Origin: Tetramitus jugosus
Taxonomy: Eukaryota; Protista; Heterolobosea
Reading direction: 5' to 3'
Assembly: GCA_937625935.1 (NCBI GenBank)
Contig: OW569351.1
Location: 1 to 64,000, forward strand
DNA: 64,000 bases
The translations under genes and the position numbers were made by a program. Under the pieces are notes generated by a model that saw only the letters and a program-made list of their open reading frames with translations, did not search any database and was not told the DNA's origin. Each line of letters opens with the position of its first letter. Position 1 is the stretch's first letter. Shown here one piece after another: positions 21,732 through 36,128 of this stretch.

Positions 21732-24700
21732 ATGCTCTTTCAACAACAACAAAATGTTCCATCGCCACCAAAGCCGGATACCCCACATCACAACAATGCT
21801 TCTCCTCATCACTATCAATTTCTGAGTGATGACATAAAGCTCTATGAAAAAAAGCTACGTGTTCTCTTTTGTAACTACTTGTTGTTGGCTCAGTATGAAT
21901 TGGCCAGAGCAATGATTCATCAGATTCATGACACGATCGATTCTGAATATGCACTGTTTCTTCTTCAGTGCGTCATTGAGAGACCTGATCGTTTATTTTC
22001 TCATTTATCATCATCATCGTCATCATCACTCTCAACTCAGCACAACAATAGTGATGATAATGAAATGATGACAAAAGATGATGTTTCATTGAGTATTGTC
22101 AGTCCAAAGTTGGTCTGGTTTTGCTATTCGGAATACTGTCAATTGAAATCAGCACTTTCCACCAAGCAACAACAACAACAATCATTGTCATCTTTACAAT
22201 CGTCATCATCATCATCATCAACATTGTTATCATCCAGTGTACCAACTTCATCATCAACAATAACAGCAACAATGACAGGAGAGATGACACCACTGGATAA
22301 TATGGAAACAACCAATCTTTTGAAACATCCTTATAATCGTCTATCGATTCGAACCATGTCAGAAAGTGGCAATGCATTGAAAAGAGTCATTGGTAGCAAC
22401 AGTGGCAACAGCAGCAACAGCAGTAGTCATAGCAGTCAGACACCAATGAGTGATTATCATCACAAAACTTCACAATCCGAGAGTGGTGAAATGAGCGTTT
22501 TTGCGACGATCAATAGAAATTTATTTATTGTGGGCTATGAACAGAGAAGGAGCGAACTTTCACACAAGTATACCACTGTTCTACTAGAGTTTGAGCTGTT
22601 GTTGGAGTCGTTGAATCATTTGTTGCATGATGAGCTGTTGGAACATCAGTTCTCAGAGCAGGAATTGAACAAGTACTTTTCGCAAATGAGACATTTGTAT
22701 CGGTCGATACTGTATAGTGGAAAAAAGCAGTCGTTGCTCTTGGATCCTACTGCTTTTGTGTTGTCCTCTTATTCCTTTTCTCATGAATCGGCAATCATGC
22801 CGCCAAATTCGATGTTCAATCTATCTGCTGGCGCTATGTCTCTATTGAAGCAAATATGTGTCTTGTGTCCTGATCTAGGAGTTAAATTGGGATCAATGTT
22901 ATGTGTAAGCGAAACTCCAGTATTTATTTTCAATCAACATGATTCTAAACAAGAAAAACGCACGAATGAGGTGAATTCTTCTTGTAGATTAGATGTAGAA
23001 CTTCAGCATTCACATATTTTGATGATTAATTCTTGTATCGACAAGGACAAGTATTCTGATGCTGCTTTTGTGCTGAGATATTTGAATATTAGCAAAGATA
23101 TGGAGCACCTTGCCGAGTACGACGAAGTGATGAATAACTTGAATTCTGTATTTTTAAAGATGGCAAACTATTGCTTATCGATGAGCGATACACGGCCGAT
23201 TTCTCAAAAGCGTGCAGGTTCAATCAGAAAATTAATTTATGAATCTCTTTTGGTACATGAGGATGTATACTTGCTGTCAAAGTATTGTAGTATTGAAGAA
23301 AGTATTATCTCCAAGTTATCCATCGATGATTTGTTTGTGAATCAAAACGGGACAGTCAACAGCGATCAATTCAGTATGGAGCATGACTTTTGGATACCTT
23401 TTATCAATTACATACGAATTACCGACAATCATTTCTTAGAAGCTGTTATGCAGGCTTGCCTCACAGCCATTAAGGACGAGGATTTCGACAGATTGAAACT
23501 GTTAGTCAATCCCCCTCACTTAGCTAATCTAAAACCGTTAATTATTTTGTTGTCGTGGGACATATTGCCTAACATTAAAACCAAGCGAATGGTGTTTGAG
23601 GTATTATGGCCAACGAAGACATTCGATGCTAAGATGATTGAGGACGAATTGATCAATTTCTCTTGTAATGAACTAGCCTACCATTTAAATTTGTCAGTAT
23701 GGGCATCAAAGCAAATATCTGATGTGGGACTTACTCCATACTCTAGTAACCATACATACTCCATGCGTTATTCAATTCAGAGTGTTGCTAAAGTTCAAAA
23801 ATTAGTCGATGCAATGAAGAGAACAGAGAGGAGTAGTTACGAGAAGAGCATTGAGGCCATAGGTAATGCGATTCTGTCTGCACTCACACGTCACTCTATC
23901 ACATATATATTGTTTCCATGGATTCCATATATTAACGAAGAAGAACTTTTCTCATTGTTAAAGCGAAGGACTATTCGAAGAAGCTCAAATGCTGACTCAC
24001 CATCAAGAACTCATGTTAGAAAAGAGCTCGAGTTAGTTTTACTTCAATCATATTCGATTATGAACAAGTTTTTGAAGTTAACGATTGACAACGTAGTCAA
24101 ACCAAGCGGAAAACACGAGAATGAAATAATTCAAACTATGAGAGAGATACAAAACGACATAGAGCAAATGGAGCCTCTTATCTATCGCTTAATTGTTCTC
24201 GAAAATATGATGAATATGCTATTTTTGAAAAAGAAACAGTTGAAGGTCTTAAGTGAGCCTCAGCACGGAACTTTTATAGCTGATAGCCTCATTATACGAG
24301 AAGTATTATCATTATTTAAGACTTGTATCTCAGGGATTCAGGATAAGGATTTGAGTGAAGAATTTCAATTCAGATTCCAACGTTTCAGCAACAACGTAGA
24401 CGACGCAATATGGAGATTTCAGTTCTCGAATCGTATGCTCGGAGTTAGTACTGACGGCCTCATAGTTAGTTCAGGGCAAGATATCATAGAGCTGATGCTC
24501 GCTTCACCAGCGACGTATCTAAGTATGGCGCTCAAGTGCAAGGACTTCGCAACGGCAAAGGACATTTTTGTTCGGTACAAGGGAGATCCATCGTTAGAAG
24601 AGCGAAGAAATAGTTTAAAAGACTTTAAAGAAGTCGATATTGCCGAGTTCACCAGCCAGAGCGGCAATACTGGAAATATCAAAGCGGATGAAGTAGTAGA

Positions 24701-27700
24701 GTTTAGTATGTTGTCTTCAACTTCTCGAATGTGTTTTGTACACCATACACTAACAATCGAAATTATCAGGTTCATTGCAACATTTTTATGTCAGTCTCGA
24801 TCTTGTTCTCAGAACAGATTTAACGTCCAAGGCCTTGGTAGACCTCATATATGTTGCATCGCGCAAGTATCAGAAACTATCAGGTGAAGATGCCCATAAG
24901 AATAATTTCTTTAATCGGTTATTGATCTATCAGGAACATTTTCCTAATACACCAATGTTTGACATTCTCTCAAGGTCATATAAGTATCCAAAGAGTCCAG
25001 CTTCTTTGGATAATGCTCTTACTGTCGAAGAAACAAAAACCAAGCAATTGAAAGAGCTATTGTCAGCTGCCAAAAATCCTCAGCAAGGTACCTACTCCAT
25101 TATTCTTTGTGTAATATGTCGAGTATCTTCTCACACATGTTTCTTTTCAGATTTTGATGAACAGCTCTTGTCAATTGATGAGCAATACTTGAGGGTATTC
25201 ATGCAACACTTGTTCTCTACTCACAAAGTTGTTTCGCGGACGCAACATGCAGACGTGTTCTCCTTATCGAACCGGTCTCCTATGGATATGATTGCTGATT
25301 TAGTATTCATATCAAGTAACTGTAAGTTAACTATTGTTCACTGCTTCTTTCGTACGCAGAAACTAACTCAATGCCATCTACAACAGATACGGATGCACAA
25401 GATCTCGCACAACTAAACAAAATAATTTTGCCTCGGCTGATTGTGGATTTGTGTGCCGATGAAAGTAGTAACTCTAGAAAACTGACACTTGAAGTGGCCA
25501 GTTATCTCTGTGACCGTTATGAACTTGTGGGAATATTATCTTGCTTGCTGCTGACAACGAGCTCCTCTACACAAGGTGAGCTCCTCGATTATTCCATGCA
25601 ACAAATGTCCAAGCACGTGTTCCTCTCTCGATGGAGCGAGTTGAGGACAAGTCTTTTCAAAGATCTTGTCCACTTGAATCAGCCCACCAGCGTTTCATCG
25701 CCGAGAAATAATGATCCACCATCATCTGATTCAGAGCACGATGAGAATGAAGACTCAGATGTCAGTGAGCCTGAACCAGTACCACTCGGAGAAAAAATTC
25801 CATCCCCAGAAGACGTACAGGACGATGTCGTTAATTTCAATCATATATTTGAGCAAGTTTCTTCGGAATCATCACATCATCTGTCTCTGATCAATTTGTT
25901 GGATTTCAATGATGATGCCGCCTTTCACACATCCATCATCCAACGGTTGATAGACCAAGGGAACATTAATGCAGCACTTAATTATGCAAACAAGGGAGTT
26001 GTTAGTAGGATCCCAGACTTCATGATCCAATTGTTTGTGGAACAAACATCAGAAAGACATGTGACCGCCAATCTCATTCATAGGATTGAGGATGATAAGC
26101 TTGCCACAACCTTAGTATTCAAACATTTAGAGTCATGGGATATTGATACAGCTATTGAATTGACTCAAATGTGTGTAAGTCGCCTGGATTCTAACAAAAA
26201 TTCTATCGACCAAGAATCTTTAATGCTAAGAAGCCAGGCCCAACAAAAACTATCTCAGTTATTGTTATATCGAGGAATACTTGCATCTCACTTGGGATCC
26301 TCATTTGTTTTGTGGACAGATTTGAATGAAACTGCAGAAAGAGAAGCTCACAAGCTTGTATCAGATCTCGTTGAAGCAAAGGAGTTTACGTTAGCAAAAA
26401 GCGCTGCAAGTTTATTACTCGAACACCAACATTCAGAACTTGAAGATTTTGATTCAGTGTTGCTCCATATTGAGCAAGAGTATGCTCTTCATGCGCTTCG
26501 TTATGAATACGAGACGAGAAGCCATGTTCTCAGACACCTCTGCTCATTGGAACCTCAATCGTGCATCACTGTATGCAAATATGTCATCGAAAAGTTAGAC
26601 GACTACAAAAAGAAATTGTTTCTTTGTGAATTCCTCATTACTTCAATGAGAGAACACCTCTCTCCCTCACAACTGGAACAGTACCAAGCAACATTAAATG
26701 GAATGAGAGTTCTTCGTCAAATGTCGAGAGAAATGCAGGAGAAGTTCGAACATCTACTATATGAACCCGAACTTATCATTGAAAATTTGCTACTGCTGCA
26801 AGATATAAGTAGTGTGGAGTCGATTCTTAATCACGTTCCTGAACTCAGAGATGATTCACTTATCATTTCCTATGGTAAGAAGGCACTTGACATACACACA
26901 GAGAGTGATAATGGTGAGAGCAAAGATCCTCAAAATCTGATGTTGTCAGATGATGAACAACATAACCAATCTGTTCGCGCGAATCATAGATATGCACAGG
27001 CTCCTAGCATGTTACTAGCCAAGTCTATATTCGATCTGTGTTCGCAACCAAGGAAGGTTGGCAAAGCTCTGATTGTTCTCTGTGATACCATCTCGCAAGA
27101 TATCAACGCCAAGAGAAAGACAAAGATTGATCTTGTGCAACAAATGATACAATATGCAAAGCTATCTTTTCTGCGAGATCCACAAGGTCATGATCAACTC
27201 TCCATATGTGACACGTTGACTTCTCATATCGAATTACTGAAGCTTATCAGTTATAAGGATATTAACATCAACGTCTCACTATCTGACTTCCGTCAGCAGA
27301 GCAGAGCCCGACAAATTCGGGATCAATTACTTAACCTAGATCAGATTCAGTTAGCATTAAATGTTGCTACTCGATGTCAGATTGAAAGTGAGCCTGTTTG
27401 GACTCAGTGGGGTCTTTCACTTCTATCATTCGCAAAGTACAAGTTAGCACGACAAAAACTGAAGTACTGCTTCTCGTTATCACCAGCACAAAAGCAAGCT
27501 CTCCTCTCTCGTATATTACTAGTGCTCGAAGGTGCGCCATCCTCAAAACAAATCCTGGATCATTTAAAGCAAGTGGGACCAAACTTCCTAATGGAAACCA
27601 TTCCAGATGACCGCGAACTCTACAATCTGAATCCATTGTACACTCACTTGGATCCTCATCGATTTAAGGAAGCAAAGTATTATATCCGAAAGTTGGGCAC

Positions 27701-28793
27701 CAATAATCTCTATATTGCTTTCTTGCTCCGAAATGGCAAACTCGAAGATGCCATATATGCTACTTTTGATATGCTGATGCCTCAGTCATTCTTTGTCGAG
27801 ACTATTGTATCATTCTGTCTCCGTAATGGTATTATTACTGACATGTTGACTCTGATCGAAAAGTATGAGAACCATCAAAAACATCAGCAGCAACGACAAC
27901 ACCAGGAATCATCGGCCACAAGGTCTCATACCTACTTGACGGCAACATGTAAGCTTTTGAACGAAAGACAAGCATTTAACATTTTATATCAAGTGCAATT
28001 GTTTATGAGGGATGATATCAGAGCAGGTCTGACCTGTATCAGATTATTTATGATGGCACATCCACCGGATGTCGAATTGAAATTGAAACATTTGGACACA
28101 GCTAAAAAGCATTTCCAAGATGGTATGATGCAAAGTCATGATCGTCACGGATCTCCTTCAAAACCAGTTCTGAAAGTGGACGAAATTGCAAAGTATCTTA
28201 AAACAATCAACCTTCAGATAGAGGAAACAAAATCGATGGCGAAACTCACATCCACAATGACTGATACTCAACAACAATTAAGTTATATGAAATTGAGTTT
28301 ATTCGAGTCAGCAAAGAGCAAGTGTGAAATTGCAGAGATACTTTTGTTGTCTCATTTCGATCTGGCATTCCGAATTATTACAGAGTTCAATCTGCCACAT
28401 GTGAAGCTGTACGTGCGTACCTTAACGCTCCTCATTCGCAAAAAGAAGCCTATCAGTGTTATGAATGACCTTCTTCAGAACATACAAAGCACACCTCTGA
28501 TGCATGACGACGATTGGGATATGATCATGAATGCAATTATCAAACTTTATGTGAACGAGATCAATGATGTGAAAACAGCTGAGAAATTTATCTCAAAATT
28601 GAGGAATGACAGTCGAAAGATTAAGGCATGCCTATTGTGCAAGAGATACAAGGCAGCTTACCTGATTGCTGCCTCCTCAGCCAATGCATATGAAGATGTG
28701 AAACTCATTTACAGTGTCACATCACAGATTCAAGACTCTGCAGAAGCGAAGCAAATATCTTCTCATTGTCTAACATTCCTCAAAAAGCGGTAA
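21732..28793 (+). CDS. ZFYVE26: Spastizin/ZFYVE26 (SPG15)-like protein; introns 24706-24769, 25088-25150, 25322-25386
   Basis: Three ORFs join in frame through GT-AG introns; N-terminal FCxxLxxxxYELA and C-terminal VWTQWGLSLL / QLFMRDDIRAGLTCIRLF resemble spastizin. Confidence 0.8.
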
Positions 28794-28853
28794 AAGAAAC
28801 TCTTTATTTATCAAACGTATACGACAAGTTTTGTTCAAACATGTTCAAATCTA

Positions 28854-30155
28854 CTATGCATGTGCTCGTTCATGCCTGTGGTGGTTCTTGATTCGATGCA
28901 ACAAGTGTCTGGGACCCAAAGTATTAATTCTTTTTCTCAGTGATCTATATGTATCACTGTGTTGTCTGTTGAGTGAAACTTCGTCCCTCAACACTATCGA
29001 ATCATCCTTCATTCTGAGCAAGGTGTTCAGTTGATCTCTGAACTGAGCAGGAGCCTTGAGAATATAGCTTGACAAGACTCGTTTCTCTGCATGGTTTGAG
29101 AAAACAGGAGAGCTACTATAGTTCAAGAGGCACTGAACAATCTCAAGAACATTCTCTGGCCTATCGCAGTGTCCAAGCGCGACATGCAATGGTGTTTGAT
29201 TTAGGAAGTCGGTCATCCGAATACTTGGTGCAGCACCATGATCCAACAATAAGCGAACGAGATTTACATCACCAATAGCGCAGGCCACGTGCAGTGGTGT
29301 CTCAAGAGATACTGATTGCTTTCTGTTTAGGTATTCATAGACAATGTTCCTACCAAACTCCTCCTCTAGAAATGTGAGCATCTCTGTCGTTTCCTTCACG
29401 TGTCCCTTCTTGTCCTGCTGGATGGCATAAATGGAGTTGACAACCATCTGAACCATGGAGAAACTGAAAACGTCAACCGTCAAACTATAGTTGAGCAACA
29501 ATTTCAATGCTCGAACATTGTTTTGGCAGATGGCATACATGCAAATATTTCCTCTCTTCTTGGGGAACACTGGACTCAGAGATACTGTACAGGCATCGAT
29601 GTAATCAATATTTTTGTTCTTTGTGTGGTATTCGAGCATAATTTTTAGGACACCCATTAAGAAGTCATCAGAAGACTCTTCTGATACTGTGAGAGATTCA
29701 CTGCTACTTCTACGACTACTATTATTACTATGATTCCGATTGCTCAAGAATGATTGACTGTTGTTGCAATCGGCAATACAAAAAAATATGTTCTTAGGGT
29801 TAGTTATGTCAATGAGTTCTCGCTTGTGCTTTCTTGGTTGGTGACTCTTTGTTTCTAGAGAACTCTGTGTTGTTGTCGTGTGTGATCTGTCTCTTGTGCC
29901 TACCGACGTAGAGATATCTTGCGACAACTGTCTTTCTGGTTGACCATTTCCTAGGAGCGGAGTTTTGGAGTGGTTTGTTGTTGTCGACAGGTTGTTGTTG
30001 TTGTTCAGTGGAGCGATAGGATTAGGGGGACTACTATCCTCTTGGTGATCATCCTTTTTCCTTTGTGGTATATGCATTAACATTCGAGGAGCAGATCGGG
30101 TGCGCTTAGGTTTCTTGGATTTTCTGTTCTTATGTTCTTGTTGTGCGGTATTCAT
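28854..30155 (-). CDS. Ankyrin repeat protein
   Basis: ETPLHVACAIGDVNLVRLLLDHGA, QTPLHVAL. Confidence 0.85.
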   Translation of the reverse strand: MNTAQQEHKNRKSKKPKRTRSAPRMLMHIPQRKKDDHQEDSSPPNPIAPLNNNNNLSTTTNHSKTPLLGNGQPERQLSQDISTSVGTRDRSHTTTTQSSLETKSHQPRKHKRELIDITNPKNIFFCIADCNNSQSFLSNRNHSNNSSRRSSSESLTVSEESSDDFLMGVLKIMLEYHTKNKNIDYIDACTVSLSPVFPKKRGNICMYAICQNNVRALKLLLNYSLTVDVFSFSMVQMVVNSIYAIQQDKKGHVKETTEMLTFLEEEFGRNIVYEYLNRKQSVSLETPLHVACAIGDVNLVRLLLDHGAAPSIRMTDFLNQTPLHVALGHCDRPENVLEIVQCLLNYSSSPVFSNHAEKRVLSSYILKAPAQFRDQLNTLLRMKDDSIVLRDEVSLNRQHSDTYRSLRKRINTLGPRHLLHRIKNHHRHERAHA

Positions 30156-30490
30156 CGTGATGGCTGTCAGATCAGATACCAATTATTGCCTGGTTGACTT
30201 TTGATGATTGAACTCTGGTTCGTGTTTCTGTACCCTCGAAGAACCGAATGCGATTCAATAATAACAAGGACGAAGAAACATCAGCTCATATCGAAGCGCC
30301 ACAAAAAGCTCGATAAAAACACACGAAAATACAACCCATAAATAAATTTTCCGATTTTTGTAAACACAATTCATGCATAGTTCAATGGCGCAATCTGTAT
30401 CTATTCTTAGAGATCATTCAGTGGCGATCATCAGAACCGAAACAAGAAGAAAAAAAACGCACACCAACAACCTACCAAACAACTGCTACC

Positions 30491-30742
30491 ATGTCTGACA
30501 GCAAGCAAAGCACTGAAACTCCATCCACCACCACCAATACCGAAGAGATTGACGTGTTGGAAGATGATGAATTCGAAGAGTTCGAACAAGAAGATTGGGA
30601 CACTAGAAAACAATTGTCATCCACCGAAGAAGCAGAAGATGAGAAGGAATGGGAAGAAGATTGGGATGATGAAGATGTTGATGATTTCTCGAATCAATTG
30701 AGAGAAGAATTGAAGAACAATGATGCCATGGCCGATGAATAA
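30491..30742 (+). CDS. SEM1: 26S proteasome subunit SEM1/DSS1
   Basis: LEDDEFEEF..EDW, WEEDWDD..DDFSNQLREEL. Confidence 0.96.
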   Translation: MSDSKQSTETPSTTTNTEEIDVLEDDEFEEFEQEDWDTRKQLSSTEEAEDEKEWEEDWDDEDVDDFSNQLREELKNNDAMADE

Positions 30743-31173
30743 TCAAAAGTCTTCTCACATTTTGTGAGTTGCTTTTTTTAGTGATTATTCTTTGTTTGTT
30801 GTTCTCGTTACTTGATGATGAATGTACGTACATGTTTTTTCGAAATCATAAGACGACTCTTGTGCGATGACAACACACAACAAGCGATCAGAATTTGTGT
30901 TCTCAGAATCATCATGCTGTGAATTGCATTGCAGTTCGAAAAGACGGACCAAACAAATCCCCCACCCAACATGTGTATAAAATGATAATAATTTTGTAAA
31001 ACAACTCTATTTGACTAGTATTTGAAACAAAAGAAGCTGTTCATGAAGTTATCCATGCAGCCAACAATACAATTGTTGTTCTTGTTTTTGTCGATTGTCC
31101 TTTATTTGAAATATGGTAGATCTACTTCTTCCTCATTCACTGTATCTCCGTGTGTTAAAATGATCATTTCTCC

Positions 31174-34100
31174 TTATTGCTGTTGTTGTTGTTGTTGTTG
31201 ATTAAAGTGGAGATAGTTCATTCCTTTTGCTCCACCGCCATTCATGAGAATATTCGTTGGCACGTTCATTGGAACCTTGTTCCATCCATCAGACACATTC
31301 TGCTTTTGTAGTTGATGATGTTGTTGCGGCATCAGATTTGACTCAAACATATTTGCTTGGTGCATGTGAGGCGAAACAGATGTTCTTCCTCCATACTGTT
31401 GCTGCTGCTGTTGTTGCTGTTGCTGTTGTAGTTGTTGCATTTCTTGTTGATATGAGAAATTGATATTGACATTCGGCAACAGAGCTCTAAACGATTGCTG
31501 CAAATCAGAACTTGTAAAAGGCATTTGTGATCCATATGAAGGATGCATTCCCCAACCATTCTGTTGTTGTTGCTGCATGTTGGAGAAGGAATTAAACATG
31601 GAATGATGAGGATGACCACCAAATCCACCAGAGTTGCTAGCGGGACCTGACTCGAACCAACCATTACCTTGATTATTATTGTTGTTGTTGTTATTCATAC
31701 CAGCGTTGCCGCCATGATGGTGATGATGATCGTTTGGTTGCTCTCCGTACTGTGCAAATTGGAATCGAGAGGTCTTCCTGTTGGATGCTGCTACTGAAGC
31801 AGCTTGTTGTTGTTGTTGTTGCTGCTGCTGCTGTTGTTGTTGCATTCCTTGTTGTGCTGACCACGAGTCATTGGATGGAAGTCCATAGCCGTTGTTGTTG
31901 TTGTTGCCCATGTATGGATAATCTCCTGTAGCAGCAGCACCTTGGAAGAACATGTTTGGTTGGAATGGTTGCATGTGAGCACCACCAAACATTGGTTGAT
32001 GGAAAAAGTTGTTCATGCCATGTTGATGCTGAGGCATTTGTTGAGGGTATTGTTGATGCCAAGAGTTCATACCACCGTTGTGCATACCACCAAATGGTCC
32101 ATTCATTGTATTACCGTTATGGTTCATGTTACCCATGTTATTCATGCCGCTATTGTTATTATTGTTGTTGTTGTTGTTGCTCATATTGGCAGGCATGTTT
32201 GCATGTTGTGATGGTGGTTGTTGAAGAGTGTTTTGTGGTTGTGTGCCACCTGTTGGTTGCTTGGAGTGCACCATGGAAGGAATCTCGTTGCCGCTAACAC
32301 TGAGATTGATGAGTGAATTGAGCTCGACTGAATCAGCGTTCGATTGTGGATTGTTCCAAGCATGCGCATCTGTGGCGTTCGTAGCATCAACAGTCGTAGC
32401 AGCAGCAGCAACAGTTGCTGCAAATGATGGCACAACTTCTTCAATAATACCCTTTGCGATATCTTCAGCATCAATTGATTGAGGAATGTCGGTCGTAGAG
32501 AGTGCGATGGAAGTAGCGGTTGATTTCGTATTGGACAAGACTAAGAAAGTTTCATCCGTCTCCAAGCCCTCGTGATCATCGTCATCATCGAGACCAGGCA
32601 GATAAGACTGTTCTGAAAAATCGAGTGATGATAGATCGACAGTCATGTCCGCAGAGCTAGATGGTGGTAGATCATCATATGTGAGCGTGTCGGACTCGAT
32701 GCTTGTTCTATTTGAGGAGACAGTATTCGAGGTACCAGTGGAAGAAGAGGCGGTAGTTGTAGTGGAGACAGAGAGTGAAACAGGAGTAGAAGGAGATGGA
32801 GTGGAGGATAAAGTGGTGGTAGTGGAAGAGGCAGCTGTTACAGTCTTTGGTTGTGCAACAACAGTTTCCTTCTTTAGAGGTGGAGTCTTAGTTTGTACCC
32901 GGTCAACAGTTGGTGTTGTTGTTGCCTGAACAGTTACAGGTGTCTCACCGACAGTGTTGAGCTTGGAGGATGAGCTGGCAGTTGACGACTTTTGTGGCTT
33001 GATCACCTCGGACAGAATAGAAACTTTGCTCCAAGCATTGTTTGCTTCGACAGGCTCTGGTGCAACAATTGCCGGTTGTGTCGCTATCCGAGGTGTTGTA
33101 GACACGTTTGTCGTCTTCTTTTGTGCCTTCTTCTGTTGTTGTTGCTTCTTCTTCTTTTTGGCTGTGTTGCTAGAGTTGGAGGATATGGTTGGCACGGGTT
33201 GAACAATTGGAACGGGATCCGATTGTTTGGCCCATTGAGCAGTCGCAGGCAAAATGGACGCATTCTTGTTGAGATTTGTGTTGGGCAGCACATTGGTAAC
33301 AACTGTGACTTCTTCTTCCTCCTGAGGCTCTTCCTCTTCCTCAATGTCCTCATCGCCATAATCCTCATCAAATTCACCTGCTGGTGCATGATTTGAATTC
33401 CTCCAGTTCCAATAATGTTTCTTGGCAGGTCTATCTGATTCTTCATAGATAGGCTTGTGCAATGGAACAGGCAAACCGTTTCTCAACACAATTTCCTCCT
33501 TATTGAACGTATCTTCCTCGTTTCCATAGTCATGCAGGTACATGCATTCTGGATTGGTGCACGGTATGCCCCTAAGGAAATAGGCACAGTATTTTGTTGT
33601 GCCAAACGATGCACGCAACTGTTTTCCATCGAGCCACGTGTCATCAACGGCCTGTATTGCCCGATACGCATCCTCCTTTTTCAAAAATGTAATGTAGGCA
33701 CTGACTGTTGTGATACCACTGCCACTGGCATGAATCGCAGCCAATACTCCAGTACTACTACTGCTGCTGCTGTTGCCACTCATACTACTGTTCATTGCAT
33801 TCAAGTCGTTAAGGTTGTTGAGATTAGTGCTGCCTCCTGTGCTGCCACTACTACCATTCATGTGAATCGAACATGAATCCAATGATAGTCCGGAACCACT
33901 TGGTGGATATCCTTGGTGATGTAAATTGTTCTTGTTGATGACAATTTTCATAATTTTACCATATTGTCCAAAATTCTCATGTCGTTTCAACCATTGAACA
34001 AGCTATTATTCATCATCATTTGAAATATTATTAAATTTATGATTATTATGATGATTATTATGATTCGCATTTCATTCGTCGATCATCATTCATTCGATTA

Positions 34101-34656
34101 TTCAACCAAAGTTAGTCTTCCATTTTTGAATCACAAGTGTGTGCACACTTAAAAAAAGAATACATACGGATGCATCATCGGGTGCAATGTCTAATGATAG
34201 TCCAACCACATAGACCAAATTTCTCTGAATGACTCTCACATTTGATAATTGTTTTCGTGAATATGGTTTTCGCTTCTTAATCTTCTTGTTCTTCTCTGTT
34301 TCAATTCTATAGAATGACCAAAAAAAATCGTGAACAGTGTCAGAATCATCATAAAAAAGTTTGTTGAAACACAAAATGATCATCAAAAAAAAACATCAAA
34401 AAACAACATACAGTTCTGGATCAGGTGGTGTAAAGTCCAAATTGTCACTGTCATAGTTTCTTCTGCAATTTGGGCAACGTTTACTATCTTCCATAATTTT
34501 ATGCCAACACCAAACACAGATTTGATATCCACATTTGCATGGTCTAAAGCTCTTGTCTGTTACGTCAAACTCTTCGGTACAGAGGGGGCATTCGTTGCTG
34601 TCGTCATCCTCAGAGTCATAAAAATGATGATTTTGAATATATTGATTATTATTCAT
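31174..34656 (-). CDS. CNOT4: CCR4-NOT E3 ligase NOT4; introns 34307-34411 and 34003-34167
   Basis: C4C4 RING (CPLC..CKCGYQICVWCW..CPNCR), VRVIQRNLVYVVGL RRM, ASFGTTKYC zinc finger, long Q/N tail. Confidence 0.95.
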
Positions 34657-35188
34657 GTTGATGTTGTTGTTGTTGTTGATGTGCGTGAGTGGTGGTCCAA
34701 GTGGTGTTTGGTTGTGAGATGAAAAAAATAAGGTTGTTGTTGTTGTTGTGGTGATTGTTGGTGATTGAGTGTGCGCGTTCGCTATTGAGCGTTCGAATGC
34801 TTGTTTTTTTGATTGCGTGCTTCTTCTGTGAGTCTTTTTTTTTGAATTGACGACTTTCTCACACTCAACGCGTTTTTTTTCGTGCTATTCGGACTTTTTA
34901 TCACCGACGTTTACAATAGAAATCAACTTGGAACATTCATTCGAAAAAAATTCTCAAGCCAAATATAAAGATACAATTTGAAGGAATCTTTGGTTGTATT
35001 TCATTTTGGTATTTGAGTTACAAATTTATTTGTTGTGGGGTATGTTGAAAATTGTACAAGACACAGCTGAAACTGATGAATGTTGTGTGATGATGGAACA
35101 CTCGACAATTGAGATCGCTTCCTTTGAATTGTTGTTGTGTCATCACCACAACCACCCTGAGGCAGTGGAAAATAGATTGATCAAGTTC

Positions 35189-36128
35189 TTATTGATTGCC
35201 ACCCATTTCCTCATCGACATCATCTCCTCCCTGTTCTTCTTCATCGGCAGTCTGTTGGTCCAACAAGCTCAAATACTGTTCAATGTCCTCACCGTCATAT
35301 TGCTTGTATGGATAGTTTCTTCCGACAACACTCAATGAGCAATTCTTGGTGTTCAATTCGACATTGTCACCAGTAGTGCCTTGCAATGCCTTCAATGCAT
35401 GAACAATCAAAGCTTGCAAATCAGTAGTGTTCTCAAAAGTCTCATAGTTCTTCTCGAGATAGGTCTTTGCGGATTGAGACCTTGCTCCAATAGCAATCGC
35501 CTTGTACTCGTAATAGTTTCCACTTGGGCATGTCTGATAGAGGTGAGTGCCCGTCTTCTCATCGAATCCACTGACCAACAATCCGACACCGAATGGTCTC
35601 TTGCTCGATTTTTGAGTCGCAACTTGAGACTTGTCAGAAATTTTGAGAACCAATCGAGCGGTCGGCATTGGTGCATCATATACGAATCGGTGATTCATGC
35701 ACTCGTTTCTCATGTATCTGCTCAATACACGCGCATCGGCTGCCAATCCAGCAATTGCAATTCCCATGTGATCGTCAATCTTGAACAATTTTTTCTGATA
35801 GGAGGAAAGTTCGGCATGAGGTGCACGCTTCAATGAAGCCAACACGACATAGTCTTTCGATTTGAGACCGACAGCTGCACTTCCTTGTTTCACTGCTTCC
35901 ATGGCGTACTCAACTTGATGAAGTCTTCCAGCTGTCAATATGTTGCATTCATATTAAAATCATTCACATTAAAAAGAGAGAAATAGACAATCGTCAAAAA
36001 AATGAAAGAAATGGTGTGAGTATGGAATGCGTAAAACATCACCGAAAGATATCAGTGTCGTCGTTATAATGATGATTCGTACCTGGACTCCATGTTGTAA
36101 TATCGGTATCGTATTGATTTCTGAACAT
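35189..36128 (-). CDS. PSMA1: Proteasome subunit alpha type-1 (alpha6); intron 35932-36082
   Basis: MFRNQYDTDITTWSP|AGRLHQVEYAMEAVKQGS; AIGARSQSAKTYLE. Confidence 0.97.

Noticed and set aside
21732-25416. Apparent frameshifts between three large ORFs
   Set aside because: Explained by canonical GT-AG introns that restore the frame.
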